Assembly: GCA_051294375.1 (NCBI GenBank)
Contig: CM119265.1
Coordinates: forward strand, 2,911,256 to 2,975,255
Origin: Paraspadella gotoi
Taxonomy: Eukaryota; Animalia; Chaetognatha
Reading direction: 5' to 3'
DNA length: 64,000 nucleotides
Shown here: in pieces, positions 1 to 12,893 of the stretch
Layout of the letters: every line of letters begins with the position of its first letter
Position numbering within the stretch: position 1 is the stretch's first letter
Notes under the pieces: generated by a model
Databases searched by the model: none
Seen by the model: only the letters and a program-made list of their open reading frames with translations
What the model was told of the DNA's origin: nothing
Position numbers and translations under genes: made by a program

Positions 1-734
1 TTTTCAACTTGCATACGTTTTTCAACTTGCATACGTTTTTAAACTTGCATACGTTTTTAAACTTGCATCATTATCGTGCTCAATCACACACTTTCTTACC
101 CACACACAAAATTTAATCTCAATCTATCTATCCAATTATGATTAATTCGATAAATTATGGGTTAAAATTATTAAAAAGTTTCAAATAAAAGTGACTTTTG
201 TTTTTTCCATTTAAACTCATTTCCACTCGCACGATTCCATCTAAACTTTATATCCAGATTTAAGTTAATGTAACTTATATTTTTCCCATTTAAATTCATT
301 TCCACTCGCACGATTCCAGACTGACTGACGGACATCGTTTTTTTTTTTTTTNNNNNNNNNNNNNNNNNNNNNNNNNTCGGTCCCACCCATAATTCTTGTC
401 AGTAAATCATTTTATCATATCAGCACATCATATTATGATAAATTAAGCAAAAAAAAAAAAAAAAACGTTGTCCGTCAGTCAGTCTGGAATCGTGCGAGTG
501 GAAATGAATTTAAATGGGAAAAATATAAGTTACATTAACTTAAATCTGGATATAAAGTTTAGATGGAATCGTGCGAGTGGAAATGAGTTTAAATGGAAAA
601 AACAAAAGTCACTTTTATTTGAAACTTTTTAATAATTTTAACCCATAATTTATCGAATTAATCATAATTGGATAGATAGATTGAGATTAAATTTTGTGTG
701 TGGGTAAGAAAGTGTGTGATTGAGCACGATAATG

Positions 735-3448
735 ATGCAAGTTTAAAACGTATGCAAGTTAAAAACGTATGCAAGTGAAAAACGTATGCAAGTTGAAAAA
801 CGTATGCAAGTTGAAAAAAACTATGCAAGTTGAAAAAACGTATACAAGTGAAAAACGTATGCAGTTGAAAAAGAAAATGGATGCAAGTAGATGCAAGTGA
901 AAAAGAATGCGTGAAGATGCAAGTTGAAAAAATGCAAGTTGAAAAAAAATGCAAGTTGAAAAAAGAATGCAAGTTGAAAAAAGAATGCAAGTTGAAAAAA
1001 GAATGCAAGTTGAAAAAAGAATGCAAGTTGAAAAAAGAATGCAGTGAAAAAAGAATGCAATTGAAAAAAGAATGCAAGTGAAAAAAAGAATGCAAGTTGA
1101 AAAAGAATGCAAGTTTGCAAGTTGAAAAAAAGAATGCAAGTTGAAAAAGAATGCAAGTTGAAAAAAGAATGCAAGTTGAAAAAGAATGCAAGTTGAAAAA
1201 AGATGCAAGTTGAAAAAAGAATGCAAGTTGAAAAAAAGAATGGCAAGTTGAAAAAAGATGCAAGTTGAAAAAGAATGCAAGTTGAAAAAAGAATGCAAGT
1301 TGAAAAAAGAAGCAAGTTGAAAAAGAATGCAAGTTGAAAAAAGAATGCAAGTTGAAAAAAGAATGCAAGTTGAAAAAAGATGCAAGTTGAAAAGATGCAA
1401 GTTGAAAAAGAATGCAAGTTGAAAAAGATTGCAAGTTGAAAAAGATGCAAGTAAAAAGAATGCAAGTTGAAAAAGAATGCAAGTTGAAAAGAATGCAAGT
1501 TGAAAAAAGATTATGCAGTTGAAAGATTGCAAGTTGAAAAAAGAATGCAAGTTGAAAAATAAGGTTAAAATTTGCAAGTTGAAAAAAGAATGCAAGTTGA
1601 AAAAGAATGCAAGTTGAAAAGATTATGCAAGTTGAAAAAGAAGCAAGTTGAAAAAAGATGCAAGTGAAAAGATTTATGCAAGTTGAAAAAGATGAAGTTG
1701 AAAAGATGCAAGTTGAAAAAAGATATGCAAGTTGAAAAAAGATGCAAGTGAAAGATGCAAGTTGAAAAGATTGCAAGTTGAAAAGATGCAAGTTGAAAAG
1801 ATTGCAAGTTGAAAAGATGCAAGTTGAAAAAGATGCAAGTTGAAAAGATTTTGCAAGTTGAAAAGATTTTGCAAGTTGAAAAAGAATGCAAGTTGAAAAG
1901 AATGCAAGTTGAAAAAGAATGCAAGTGAAAAAAGATGCAAGTTGAAAAAGATTTTGCCAAGTTGAAAAAAGAATGCAAGTTTGAAAAGATTGCAAGTTGA
2001 AAAGATTTTGCAAGTTGAAAAGATTATGCAAGTGAAAAGATTTTGCAAGTTGAAAAGATTTTGCAGTTGAAAAGATTTTGCAAGTTGAAAAAGAATTGCA
2101 AGTTGAAAAAAATGCAAGTTGAAAAAGAATTTGCAAGTTGAAAAGATTTTGCAAGTTGAAAAGATTTGCAAGTGAAAAGATGCAAGTTGAAAAGATTTTG
2201 CAAGTTGAAAAGATGCAAGTTGAAAAGATTGCAAGTGAAAAATAAGAATGCAAGTTGAAAAAAGATTTTGCAAGTTGAAAAAGATTTATGCAAGTTGAAA
2301 AGAAGATTTTGCAGTTGAAAAAGATTTGCAAGTTGAAAAAGATTTATGCAAGTTTGAAAAAAGATTTGCAAGTTGAAAGATTGCAAGTTGAAAAGATGCA
2401 AAGTTGAAAAAGATTGCAAGTTGAAAAGATTTTGCAAGTTGAAAAGATATGCTTGAAAAATGCAAGTTGAAAAAGATTGCAAGTTTTGAAAAGATTGCAA
2501 GTTTGAAAAGATTTTGCAAGTTGAAAAGATTTTGCAGTTGAAAGATTGCAAGTTGAAAAGATTTTGCAAGTTGAAAAAGATTTTGCAAGTTGAAAAAAGA
2601 TGCAAGTTGAAAAAAGATTATGCAAGTTGAAAAAAGATTGCAAGTTGAAAAAGATGCAAGTGAAAAAAGATGCAAGTTGAAAAAGATTTGCAAGTTGAAA
2701 AGAATGCCAAGTGAAAAAAATGCAAGTTGAAAAAAGAATGCAAGTTGAAAAAAGATGCAAGTTGAAAAAAGATTATGCAAGTTGAAAAAAATTGGCAAGT
2801 TAAAAAAGAATCAAGTTGAAAAGATTGCAAGTTGAAAAAAGAATGCAAGTTGAAAAAAGAATGCAAGTTGAAAAAGAATGCAAGCAGAAAAAAAGAATGC
2901 AAGTTGAAAAAAGAATGCAAGTTGAAAAAATAGATATGCAAGTTGAAAAAAGAATCAGTAAAAAGAATTGCAAGTGAAAAAGAATGCAAGTGTAGATAAA
3001 AGTAATTGCCAATAATGTGAATGCAATAAAAAAGAATGCAAGTTGAAAAAAGAATGCAAGTTGAAAAAGTGGAAGTTGAAAAGCAAGTTGAAAAAATGAT
3101 ATTGCAAGTTGAAAAAAGATGCAAGTTAAAAGAATGCAAGTTTGAAAAAAGAATGCAATGTGTGAAAAAGAATGCAAGTTGAAAAAAATGCAATTGAAAA
3201 AAGTATGCAAGGTTGAAAAAAGAATGCAGTTGAAAAAGAATGCAAGTTGAAAAAAGAATTGCAAGTTGAATAAATAGTAATGCAAGTTGAAAAAAGAATG
3301 CAAGTTGAAAAAATGAATGCAAGTTGAAAAAAGTAATGCAAGTTGAAAAAAGAATGCAAGTTGAAAAAGAATGCAAGTTGAAAAAAGAATGCAAGTTGAA
3401 AAAAGAATGCAAGTTGAAAAAAGAATGCAAGTGAAAAAAGAATGCAAA
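735..3448. repeat. Satellite/minisatellite array, ~17-19 bp unit (TGCAAGTTGAAAAAAGAA)
   Basis: About 2.7 kb of degenerate tandem units. It explains all the F/Q/L/S/T/C-rich ORFs at 658-3502. The reverse complement of the unit is at 1-68. Confidence 0.95.
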
Positions 3449-4612
3449 GTTGACCGATGGACCGACAAAGTGAATTATAGAGTCGGAATCTGGAGAAAGC
3501 AAATCCGACTAATAACCAGTAAAAATTATGGCAGAAAAGATTTAAAATAACGATTTAGAAAGAAAAGTAAGAAACTCTCACCCTAAGAATTAAGAAATGC
3601 TCACCCTCGTGCAAAGTCTTGAAAAGCCGCTTGGTCGCTCCGTCCAAGTTCCGACCTCCAGCGACGCCTGAATGCGTCCACATCGTCGACCAGATCAGCG
3701 CAAAGAGGCGGTCGTTTTTGTGCGACCGAACAGAGTTGAGGAACCATTCGTAGAGCCAACGGTCCTGAGGCGAGAGAAATGACAATGATGATGACAACGA
3801 CTATCACAATGACGAGTATAGAATCGAAAGTTAGAGATAAAGGATGAAAAAGAAGGATAGTAAAAATGATATGAAGGGTTAGGTAGGTTAAAAAAGATAT
3901 GAATTGAAAAATTTGAAAGAGGATAGAGAGAAAAGAAATAAGTAAGGTTAGTAAGAAATAAAAATGTGCAAGTAGAATTTTAAAAAGGATTGATATTAAG
4001 TCTGAAAGGAAAGAAGATACAAATTCGAGAAGGTGAAAAAATTTTAAAATTAAAAAAGATTGAAAGTCATAAAAGGTAGTAGAAAATAAAAAAGTTGGCA
4101 GAGCAGGTAAAATTAAAAGATTAAAAGGTTTTAGAGCATTTCGAAAAATGTAAGTTACCAATTAACCTGCGTAAAATGAGAGTAGCACTTCTTCCTGCAC
4201 AAATAAATAGGAATGGGGTTAGAAGTTCAGATTGACAAAAAGTTAACAAAATCTAATAAAAGTAATTTAATAACTGACAAAAAAAAAACAACTGCCAGCA
4301 ATAAAAATAAAAATACAAGACCTGCAGCGCTTGCAGTAGCGTGGCTCTTCCTTCAAAGAGTCATCAACGGCCAAGAGGAAATGACGAAAGTAATGGTCGG
4401 TCGGTTGCTGATGAAATCCCTCGGTCAAATAATTGAAAGTGTGAATGTCGTGACTGTCCTCACCAAACAGGGTCCAGTAGCTGTGCAGGAGGGGAAGGGG
4501 ACATTGGGAATAATGTTCACAATAATCTTGATTAACATAAATAAATATTATTTTTAATATTTATTAATATTTATTATTATTTTTATTGTTATTGTTAAAA
4601 TTATTATTATTA

Positions 4613-4669
4613 AGACTCCTTTGTATTTCGAGTCTTCATCAGCATTTGAAATCACAAATATTAAAGTTT

Positions 4670-4716
<47 letters not shown>

Positions 4717-6016
4717 TGAGTAAAGGATAGTGGTCAGATGTGAGGACAGGTGAAAGTGAGGACAGGGAAGTAAGTAAGATTTGAAATTGGTGAAAAGAGA
4801 GAGAGAAACAGAGAGAGAGAGAAAAAAAAATTGATACATTTGACAATTTACAACAAAGATAAATTGAGAGAAAAAAACTAAACATACTAAAGATTAATAA
4901 ATTAATACATCAATAAATTAATTGTTTGTGATAGTTTGAAATTTGAAATTTTAATAGTGAAAGTTGAGAAAAATTAAATACAATTGAAACATTCTTTGAA
5001 ACATTATACCACTTCATTGATAGGGAAGCCAGGTACTCTGGGAGTGAATAAATGAGACTGTGAGAGAGTTTTGATTGAAAGCTTGCAGGGACCTGCTATG
5101 TCATTATCTTGTAAGAGTGAAGGAGCCTGTCCAAAGTCAGGGGCAAGATAGCTTATTTATTAAATGAATGGATAATTTTTATATTGGTTGTACCAATTTC
5201 ATAGAATAATAAGTGGAAGGATGAAGGATAGATATTAGATAAAGTAAAGGTAAGTGAAAAATAGGTAAGAAAGAGCTTAAATTGAGCTGCCCCCCCCCTC
5301 CGGACGGGCAAATGAAGAGCATTGCCGATTTTGTCGATTTATAGGCCTGTCATAGGCTGAGAGGTTATTGTGGAGGAGTGAGACAGGCTAGGATCTGACC
5401 TGATAAGCCTGCCGAGAGCCCTCCTCTCACCTGTCGGTGAGGTGGGGGGGTTGCCTGTTCTGGCCTGTTTGTGGACAGGAGACACAGACTCCTCTCCCTC
5501 CTCCTGCAGCTGTCGTTTTGGGCGGCGCTCGATGCGAGGAGAGTTGCAAGGAGTTGCTGCAGGTTCAGGAGTTGCTGCAGGTTCAGGAGTGGCATCGGAC
5601 GTCTATTGTCGGCTGAGAGGCCTGACCCTGACCCTGACCGCCTGACCCATTGAGTGGAGACAGGGGAATCACCGTGCGGCTGAGGTGGCGTTGGGTGCTC
5701 CACCACAGTTCTGATTAGCGAATCAAAGCTTGGAGGGAGTTCGAATTGTCCTCCATCACGGTTCAAATAGGGTTTGAGGGCATTGTTTTCTCTCAATATA
5801 TCTTTGTTGTACATTTTCAAATGTATTGATTTTTTTTTTCTCTCTCTCTCTCTCTTTCCCTCTCTCTGTTTCTCTCTCTCTCTTTTCACCAATTTAAAAT
5901 CTTAATTCCATCCCTGTCCTCACATCTGACCACTATCCTTTACTCAATTATTTGTTGGAAACAATTTCTTTTTCTCTCTTTCTTTCTTTCTTTCTTTCTT
6001 TCTTTTTTCTTTCTCT

Positions 6017-6060
<44 letters not shown>

Positions 6061-6145
6061 AAACTTTAATGTTTGTGAAATCGAATACTTATGATTTCAA
6101 ATGCTGATGAAGACTCGAAATCCAAAGGAGTCAAAACATGTACAA
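4613..6145. mobile_element. Penelope-like retroelement remnant with inverted terminal segments
   Basis: The minus strand at ~5710-5800 reads ILRENNALKPYLNRDGGQFELPPSFDSLI, resembling the C-terminus of PLE GIY-YIG endonucleases. Segments 4613-4750 and 5912-6132 are inverted copies ending in hammerhead-like CTGATGA-stem motifs. Confidence 0.6.
5075..5205 (+). repeat. Dispersed repeat family (GAAAGCTTGCAGGGACC...GGGGCAAGATAGCTTATTTATTAAATGAATGG)
   Basis: Further copies or fragments at ~30460-30510 (rc), 34430-34540, 44000-44100 (rc), 46840-46910, 47340-47455, 59320-59580 (rc) and 62990-63045. Confidence 0.8.
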
Positions 6146-6522
6146 TTGTACATTGATTAATAATAAAAACTTTGTTGTAAAAACGAAATTTTTTGTTATT
6201 TCCTTTGAATCTCACACTAACAACAAAAAAGAAAGGTTAACGACAATAACTTCAATTTCATAATTTTATCCAACTCAAATAAATTTCTCCTTTTTCTCAC
6301 CCACGTTGCGAAAAGTTTTTCCAAATAAAAGGATAATCGTCGAAAGGTAAGTGAACTTTGGATCCGTCCCAAGGTAAGTCCTTGAGTATTTCCCGGCGAG
6401 GAAGGGAATAAAGTTGACCAATGAGTTGTCGCCCACTTTGTTATAGCTGAGTGTCAAATTAGAAAGGTTGATTGATAGTTGCATGTACAAAATTGTACCT
6501 ACACAGATTTTTAAAAAAATAT

Positions 6523-7596
6523 AACAAGTTTAAGCAAACAATGTCGGGAATAAGCCAATCTGATGATAAATCACGGTAATTTTTTCTGACTTTCAATTTA
6601 AGATCATAACAATTCGTAACATAACAAATCATAACAGACTTTTTAATAAATCTATGAAAAAATCTATAAATCAATTGATTTATCAATAGCTACAACAATA
6701 CCAACCTGCATAATTTAGTCAACTTGCATAATTTGGTAATTTTGCATAATTTGGTCAACTTGCATAATTTATTCAACTTGCTTTATTTGCTCAACTGGCA
6801 AAATTTGGTCAACTGTCATAATTTGGTCAACTGTCATAATTTGGTTAACTCGCATAATTTGGTCAAATTGCTTAATTTGGTCAACTGGCATTCATAATTT
6901 GGTCAACTGGCATAATTTGGTCAACTGGCATAATTTGGTCAAGTGGCAAAATTTTGTCAACTGGCATAATTTTGTCAACTGGTATAATTTGGTCACTTCA
7001 ATAATTTGGTCAACTGGCATAATTTTTTCGACTGGCATAATTTAATCAATCAATCAATCAATCAGAGAGAGAAACTTTTAAAAATTCAAATAAACGTTTT
7101 TTTTGGTTTTCTAATTTAAACTCGTTTCCACTTTGACGATTCGAAACTTTATATCCAGCTTAATCACATACTTTCCTACCCACACACAAAATTCCATTTC
7201 AATTTATCTATCCAAATTTTAATAAATATAATTATTATGAGGAAATATAAGTAAAAATACTTTAAGTAAATATGACTTTTTTTTCATTTAAACTCATTTC
7301 CACTCCTCGATTCCATAGAAACTTTATATCGTGCTCAATCACACACTTTCCTACCCACACACAAAATTTCATTCCAATCCAACCATCCAATCACGAGTAA
7401 TTGGGGTTTAATGCTAAGGGGTGACGGACGGACGGACGGACATCATTTTTTTATTATTTTTTTTATTAATTTAGCATAATATGATGTTATGATGTGATAA
7501 AAATGATTTACCGTTAAGATTTAGGGGTGGGACGGACGGACCGACAAAGTGGATTATAGAGTCGGCATCTGCTGATAAGCAGATCTGACTAAAAAT
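6523..7596 (+). mobile_element. Helentron/HINE-like non-autonomous element with internal tandem repeats
   Basis: Begins AACAAG...ATGTCGG, then an 18-bp array (TGGTCAACTGGCATAATT) at 6705-7040, a duplicated internal block, (GACG)n, CCGACAAAG, and a 3' hairpin AGTCGGCATCTGCT-gata-AGCAGATCTGACT followed by an A run. Related pieces lie at 1-340, 377-735, 3452-3512, 9790-9927 (rc) and 12048-12430. Confidence 0.55.
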
Positions 7597-7848
7597 CTTA
7601 AAAGTCTAGTGATCTCGACAGACGTGCTATCAAAGAAAATTAATGAAAAAATCAGGAAAAAAATGAATGATTGATGCGATAACGAATTAATGATGTAATT
7701 TATTTTCCTTTCTTTTGTTATTTTGAAAAAACTTCTGCACTTTCAAATTTCAATTTCTTTCAAAATCTCACTCTATCCCTAAACTGAAACTGTCCTCACC
7801 TCTGATCACTGTCCTTTCCATCAATTCTTTGTTGGCTACTTTAACTTT

Positions 7849-7879
<31 letters not shown>

Positions 7880-7937
7880 TTTTTTTTTTCTCTCTCAAAG
7901 TTAGTATTAAATTCACAAATTGTCAAAACCTTGAAAA

Positions 7938-7988
7938 CCTTGCGCTGAAGAAGGTTCGAGTTTCAAGAACCGAAACATGTACGAAATT
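7938..7988 (+). ncRNA. Minimal type I hammerhead ribozyme motif
   Basis: CTGAAGA-a-GGTTC(loop)GAACC-GAAAC-AT-GTA: intact core, palindromic stem III (ACATGT), weak stem I. Confidence 0.6.
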
Positions 7989-8934
7989 ACTTAATCATCG
8001 TTGTAATAACAAATAAAAATGTTACTAAAAAATATACATAAAAAGTAGATTAAGGAAATAAATATAAATAACAGTAAAAATCTATAACAAATAATTTTCG
8101 TCTAACCGAGATCAGTACGAATGAATACTTGTTCTTTTAATGAATGAATATTTTTTTTATAAATTTTGTTTTAATTATTTATTAATTATTTAAAAGGGGT
8201 CATAATAATTTCATTTGTGACAATATAACTCAATTGATTCATATTTTGATAAGAAAAATCGACCAGGTTTAAATGATAAATTTTTTCTAAAACCCTCACC
8301 CCCTTTACCACTCTCACCCGAAATACTCGATCGGGTCCAAATAGCGAAATAGAAATTCCCTCGTTTCCGGAAAATTTCTGATGAGGTTGTTGCGAGAGAC
8401 AGAGTCGATTCCGATGAGGAAGACGTTGAAGGATTCGTTGCTACCGATGTCGGTCAGATGCCGACGCAGAGACCGACGTTTTACCGATGACTTCGCTTCG
8501 TCCACAAATCCGAAGACAGCAAAGTTTTTGACAACGGATTTTCCTGCGTGATTGCGACACCGAATGAAGGCGAAGTCGCCGGGAATTCGAGTCTTGGCGG
8601 GAAAGAAAAAAACTAAAGACATTGTTCGTTGAAACAAAAGTTTTTGGTTTTGAGTGATGTCTTTTGACAAGATTGAATGTTTGATTGGAATGACTAAATA
8701 ATTGATTGGAATGATAGATTTGATCGAATTAACTGAATGGATCGGATTTTTAAGATGTGTGGAAGATTCCTTGGGGGGGGTTTCTCAGTTTCAGATGAGA
8801 ACATTGTTTGAGCAGTGCTTAATCTCGACTTAATATTAACTCAATCCATATATCAAAAGATAAAAATAAAAATAACTTTATTAAGTATTCAATATCCAAT
8901 AATCATTTAAAGACGTGCATCAGAATGACAGAGA

Positions 8935-9055
8935 GCCGATACGCAGCAACAATAGCAGTAGAACCGTGATGCAGCAACAGAGCCGAGACGCAGCAACAGT
9001 AGCAGCAGAGCCGAGACGCAGCAACAGTAGCAGCAGAGCCGAGACGCAGCAACAG
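8935..9055. repeat. Short minisatellite (CAGAGCCGAGACGCAGCAACAGTAGCAG)
   Basis: 3-4 tandem units of about 28 bp. Confidence 0.8.
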
Positions 9056-10735
9056 CTCAAAGCTACATAAAAGCTTAAAATTAATTACCATATTCAAATA
9101 ATTTCACAAATATCATTTAATACCTGATGGTCTCAGAGGAATCTCCCAAAAATTAAGAATATACTCTCCTTTTATATACAAGGACAATTATTACAACCAA
9201 TGAGAGAAGAATTCACATTTTAAGAATAAGATCAAAACGTCTACTAGTTATTATTAACCAATGAGAGACGAGATATTCAAATTCAAGGTATAAAAATTTT
9301 AAAGTTTCTAATTGGTTGAATTTTATTAAAATTCAACCAATTAGAAACTTTAAACAGAACTATTGGAGTCATTCAAATAAACTTTAAATTCAGATATTTG
9401 AGCCATTAAAAAATAAAAGGTCAGGGGTCAATTCAGATAAAAATCATTATAAACTCTTTAACAAGATGGATGTAATTGGATTGATTTGATTGATTTGATT
9501 CAATTGGATTGAATTGGCTGGAATTCGATTGATTGGATTGAATTAGAAGGAATTGGATTGATTTGATTAAATTGGATTGATTTGATTGAATAGGATTAAT
9601 TTGGATGGAATTGTAATTATTGGATTGAATTGGATGAAATTGGATTGATTTGATTGGATTGGATGGAATTTGAATGATTTGATTGGATTGGATGGAATTT
9701 GATTGATTTGGTTTATTCTATTGGATGTGATTGATTTGATTGACTTGACTTGACTTGACAGGGCATTAAGCATGACACCTTCAGTCGTAACCTGGTGGCT
9801 CAAACATTTCAGATCAAATTAATTAATTTTTTAATGAAATTATTATTTTAGTTTATATAATTTGTATTAATTAATTAATTACCGCTAATGATCGTGGGCA
9901 GATCCGACATTGTTTGCTCAAACTTGTTTAAAGACTAACAATAAATAATTTAAAGCCTCACTCCTACCAAAATCGCTTTTTAACTCACCTTCTCGGTCGC
10001 GGTAAACTTGACCGGGTGAGACCATCTCCAAGCTTTGTCGCTCATCTCTTCGCGGATCAGCAGCTGCCACTCGCAAGTGGCCACACCCAATGAACGAATT
10101 TTGTTTTCGCTCAAAGAAACGGAATTTTGGATCGGATCAATTTCAATGTGTCGGGGGAATTTTAGGCAGTCCTTGCCGCGGCCCTTTCCTAAAATGAATT
10201 GAATTATTTGTATGAATTGAATGAATTGTATAAATTGAATGAATTGTATGAATTTAATGAACTAAATTAGTTGCATGATTTGTATGAATTGAATGATTTA
10301 AATGATTTGAATTAATTGTATGAATTGTATGAATTTAATGATTTTAATTAATTGTATGAATTGTATGAATCATATGAATTGTATTAATTTAATAATTATA
10401 ATGATTTGAATGTGATAAATGTTATGCCTTACCCTTATATCGGAGTTATTTTAGATGTCTTTTATTGTTCTGTTCTAAGTAGTTCTGATTAAGACTCACT
10501 ATTGAACTTTTTGCCCGTTCCAAATATTGGTTTTACGGGAATTTTCTGTAAAATAAAGTTTCTCTCTTTCTGCTTATTTGTCATGACTTTTTATTCTTGA
10601 ATTATCTCGAGATTCAGCAAAACAGTCAAAATTGGGGCGCGAGTCAAAAATAATTGTATGAATGGAATGAATTGAATGATTTTAATGAATTGAATTAATA
10701 GTATGAATTGGATAAGTTGTGCGAATTGTTTGAAG

Positions 10736-10962
10736 AGACAGTAATAATTGATATGTGTTAGTGACAGAACCGTTCAATATAAGCAGTCCCTGAACTTCGG
10801 ATCAGGCTGTAACACCGAGTTACAGGCGGGTTAAGCGCCCCGTCCCTCTTAACTGCTAGGCGGCCACCGGGCTAGAACCCCGGACCTTTTGGGTTGGGAG
10901 GCGAATGACTTGCCTCCGGCACCAATGGCCACTGATGAACGGTTGGTGGATTTTAATCCACC
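10736..10962 (-). mobile_element. tRNA(Gly-like)-derived SINE, family 1
   Basis: Minus strand CATTGGTG...TTCGCCTCCCA...AGGTCCGGGGTTCTAGCCC resembles tRNA-Gly with A/B boxes. Near-identical copies at 23486-23710 and 23906-24116. Confidence 0.7.
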
Positions 10963-12893
10963 ATATTAATAGAAATAATTGGTTGACTTTAATGAATTGA
11001 ATGAATAAATGAATGAATGAATGAATAAATAAATAAATCGGGGCAATGAATTTTAAAAAATTATTAAATGAATTATAAAACGAATTAAAGAAAGAATTAT
11101 TTAATGAGTAAATAAACAAAAAAATAAAATGTTCCTGATAAATGACTTGGCAGAGATTTTACAATACTGGTAATCTAACTTGATGCCATAACTAAAGAGT
11201 AAAGGAAATAAGAAAACTTACTCCAGGATTAAACTCACCCACGATATCGATTTCGCTCAAAGATCGATCGTAAGGATCGAAGGCTGGAATTTGACATCCT
11301 TCGGTGAAGACGACGAAGCCATCTTGAGTCGAGTTGCGGCTCAGCTTCACTTTACAGTTAAATTAAATTACAATAGCTATAATAATAATATTGTATCGGT
11401 CATACATGAAATACCCTCATTCACCTTGGATTCTTCTGGCGAGTTTTTTCCAGACGTCATTCTTTTCAATTCTCATGAGACCTGGCAAAGTAATTATTTG
11501 TAGAAGATTTAAATAATAAAATGTGATTTTCGAATACAAAAAACAAAAACAAAAACAAAAACAAGAGCTCACCCTCGAGTCCAAAGTTTTTTATGTTTCT
11601 CCGGATGTAACGCCTCGCAACGTCACCTCCTCCGATCCGCGAGGAAATTAAAAAAAAGAAGATCGTGGAAATGATCAAAGCGAAAAAGTAGAGCTGACAC
11701 CTGGTCTTCATGGTGTTCAATGTGTCAGGTGCGATGCCTGATGTGGCGAATCTGACATATTATTTCGTTCTTAAATTAGTGTCTGTTTGTTTGTAGAGAG
11801 TGATGCGAGTTGTTCATCTTTTCTTGCGTCAGTTTTTGTTGGTTTTTTGTTGTTGTTTTTTTTTTTTTTTGTGTCTCACTTTCAGAGGCGCAGATGTTTT
11901 AGTCTTTTAATAAGAAAAACAATCGAGTATATATTATGTTCTTAACAGGCGGTTTTGTAAACAGAACCGAGGCTGAAAAGTATTTATAAGTTTAATCGGT
12001 AAGTGGCGCTTGTAAAGGTTAAGTATATCCGAAGTAAAATAAATGATTAACAAGTTTGAGCAAACAATGTCGGATCTGCCCACGATCATTATCGGTAATT
12101 AATTAATACTTAATTAATTAAATAATTAGGCAATTAATTAATTTGATCCGAAATGTTTGTTTTTGACGATGAGAATAATGCCGATAACGATTGACTTGAT
12201 GGATTGACTGAATAATTAATTACTTGACCAATTGATTAATTAACTGATTAATTATTTGATTAATTAATACATCTTGCATTTACATTTCTTATAATAAAAA
12301 GAAAAAGAAGCATAATCAATTAGTGAAATAGGTTTTTGTTTTTCCCATTTAAACTCATTTCCACTCAAACGATTCCATCGCGAAACTTGATTTCCAGCTT
12401 AATCTCACACTTTCCTACCCACATAAAAAAAATTTCTCTTTTTGAAAGACATTGTTCGACATAGGGAAATTAATTTTTTTGTAAGACTTTGGAAGGCAAA
12501 GAAAACGGTATCGAATCCCACAGACGTTTTTGAAGTTTTAGCCGCCTCTCCCGACTTTCTTGCGGGAAGGATTGCCGGCAGATACAGAGGTTGGGAAAAT
12601 CTTGATCCAAGTTTCTGATAACTTTGGCGGTGGATTTTTTTACTTAACTTTATAATAAAAATGAATCATACAAAGATGTATATTTGTGCCTTATCTCTTT
12701 ACTTTAATGTACAAAGTATTGGTCAATAGAAAACTAAATGACTGATGTAAGACTACTTATTAATAATTATTTTTCATGTCCACAGGTAATCCACTTAGTA
12801 GCTAATCAAAATCCTTATTTCAAATAAAGTCTCAACTTTTGCTTCTTCTAAAATTTGAAACAGACATTGAAATATGTACTTCCTTTTTAAGTA

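Larger units (their letters stand above)
3605..11711 (-). pseudogene. DUF229-family gene copy A (frameshifted in this assembly; 3' exons not in window)
   Basis: Exons homologous to copy B: ATG 11711 (MKTRCQLYFFALIISTIFF), ~11240-11480, ~9989-10187, 8318-8592 (NVFLIGIDSVSRNNLIRNFPETREFL), ~6300-6446 (YNKVGDNS), 4322-4480, a 28-nt micro-exon near 4167-4194, and 3605-3764. There is a 1-nt deletion at ~6387 relative to copy B. Confidence 0.75.

Noticed and set aside
735-3448. CRISPR-like array
   Set aside because: Contiguous degenerate units without unique spacers, no cas genes, eukaryotic context.
658-3502. Many long minus-strand ORFs (up to 557 aa)
   Set aside because: They are translations of a stop-poor satellite, open in all frames.
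10860-10935. Functional tRNA-Gly gene
   Set aside because: D and anticodon arms pair poorly, and it sits in a multi-copy ~225-bp unit, so it is better explained as a SINE head.
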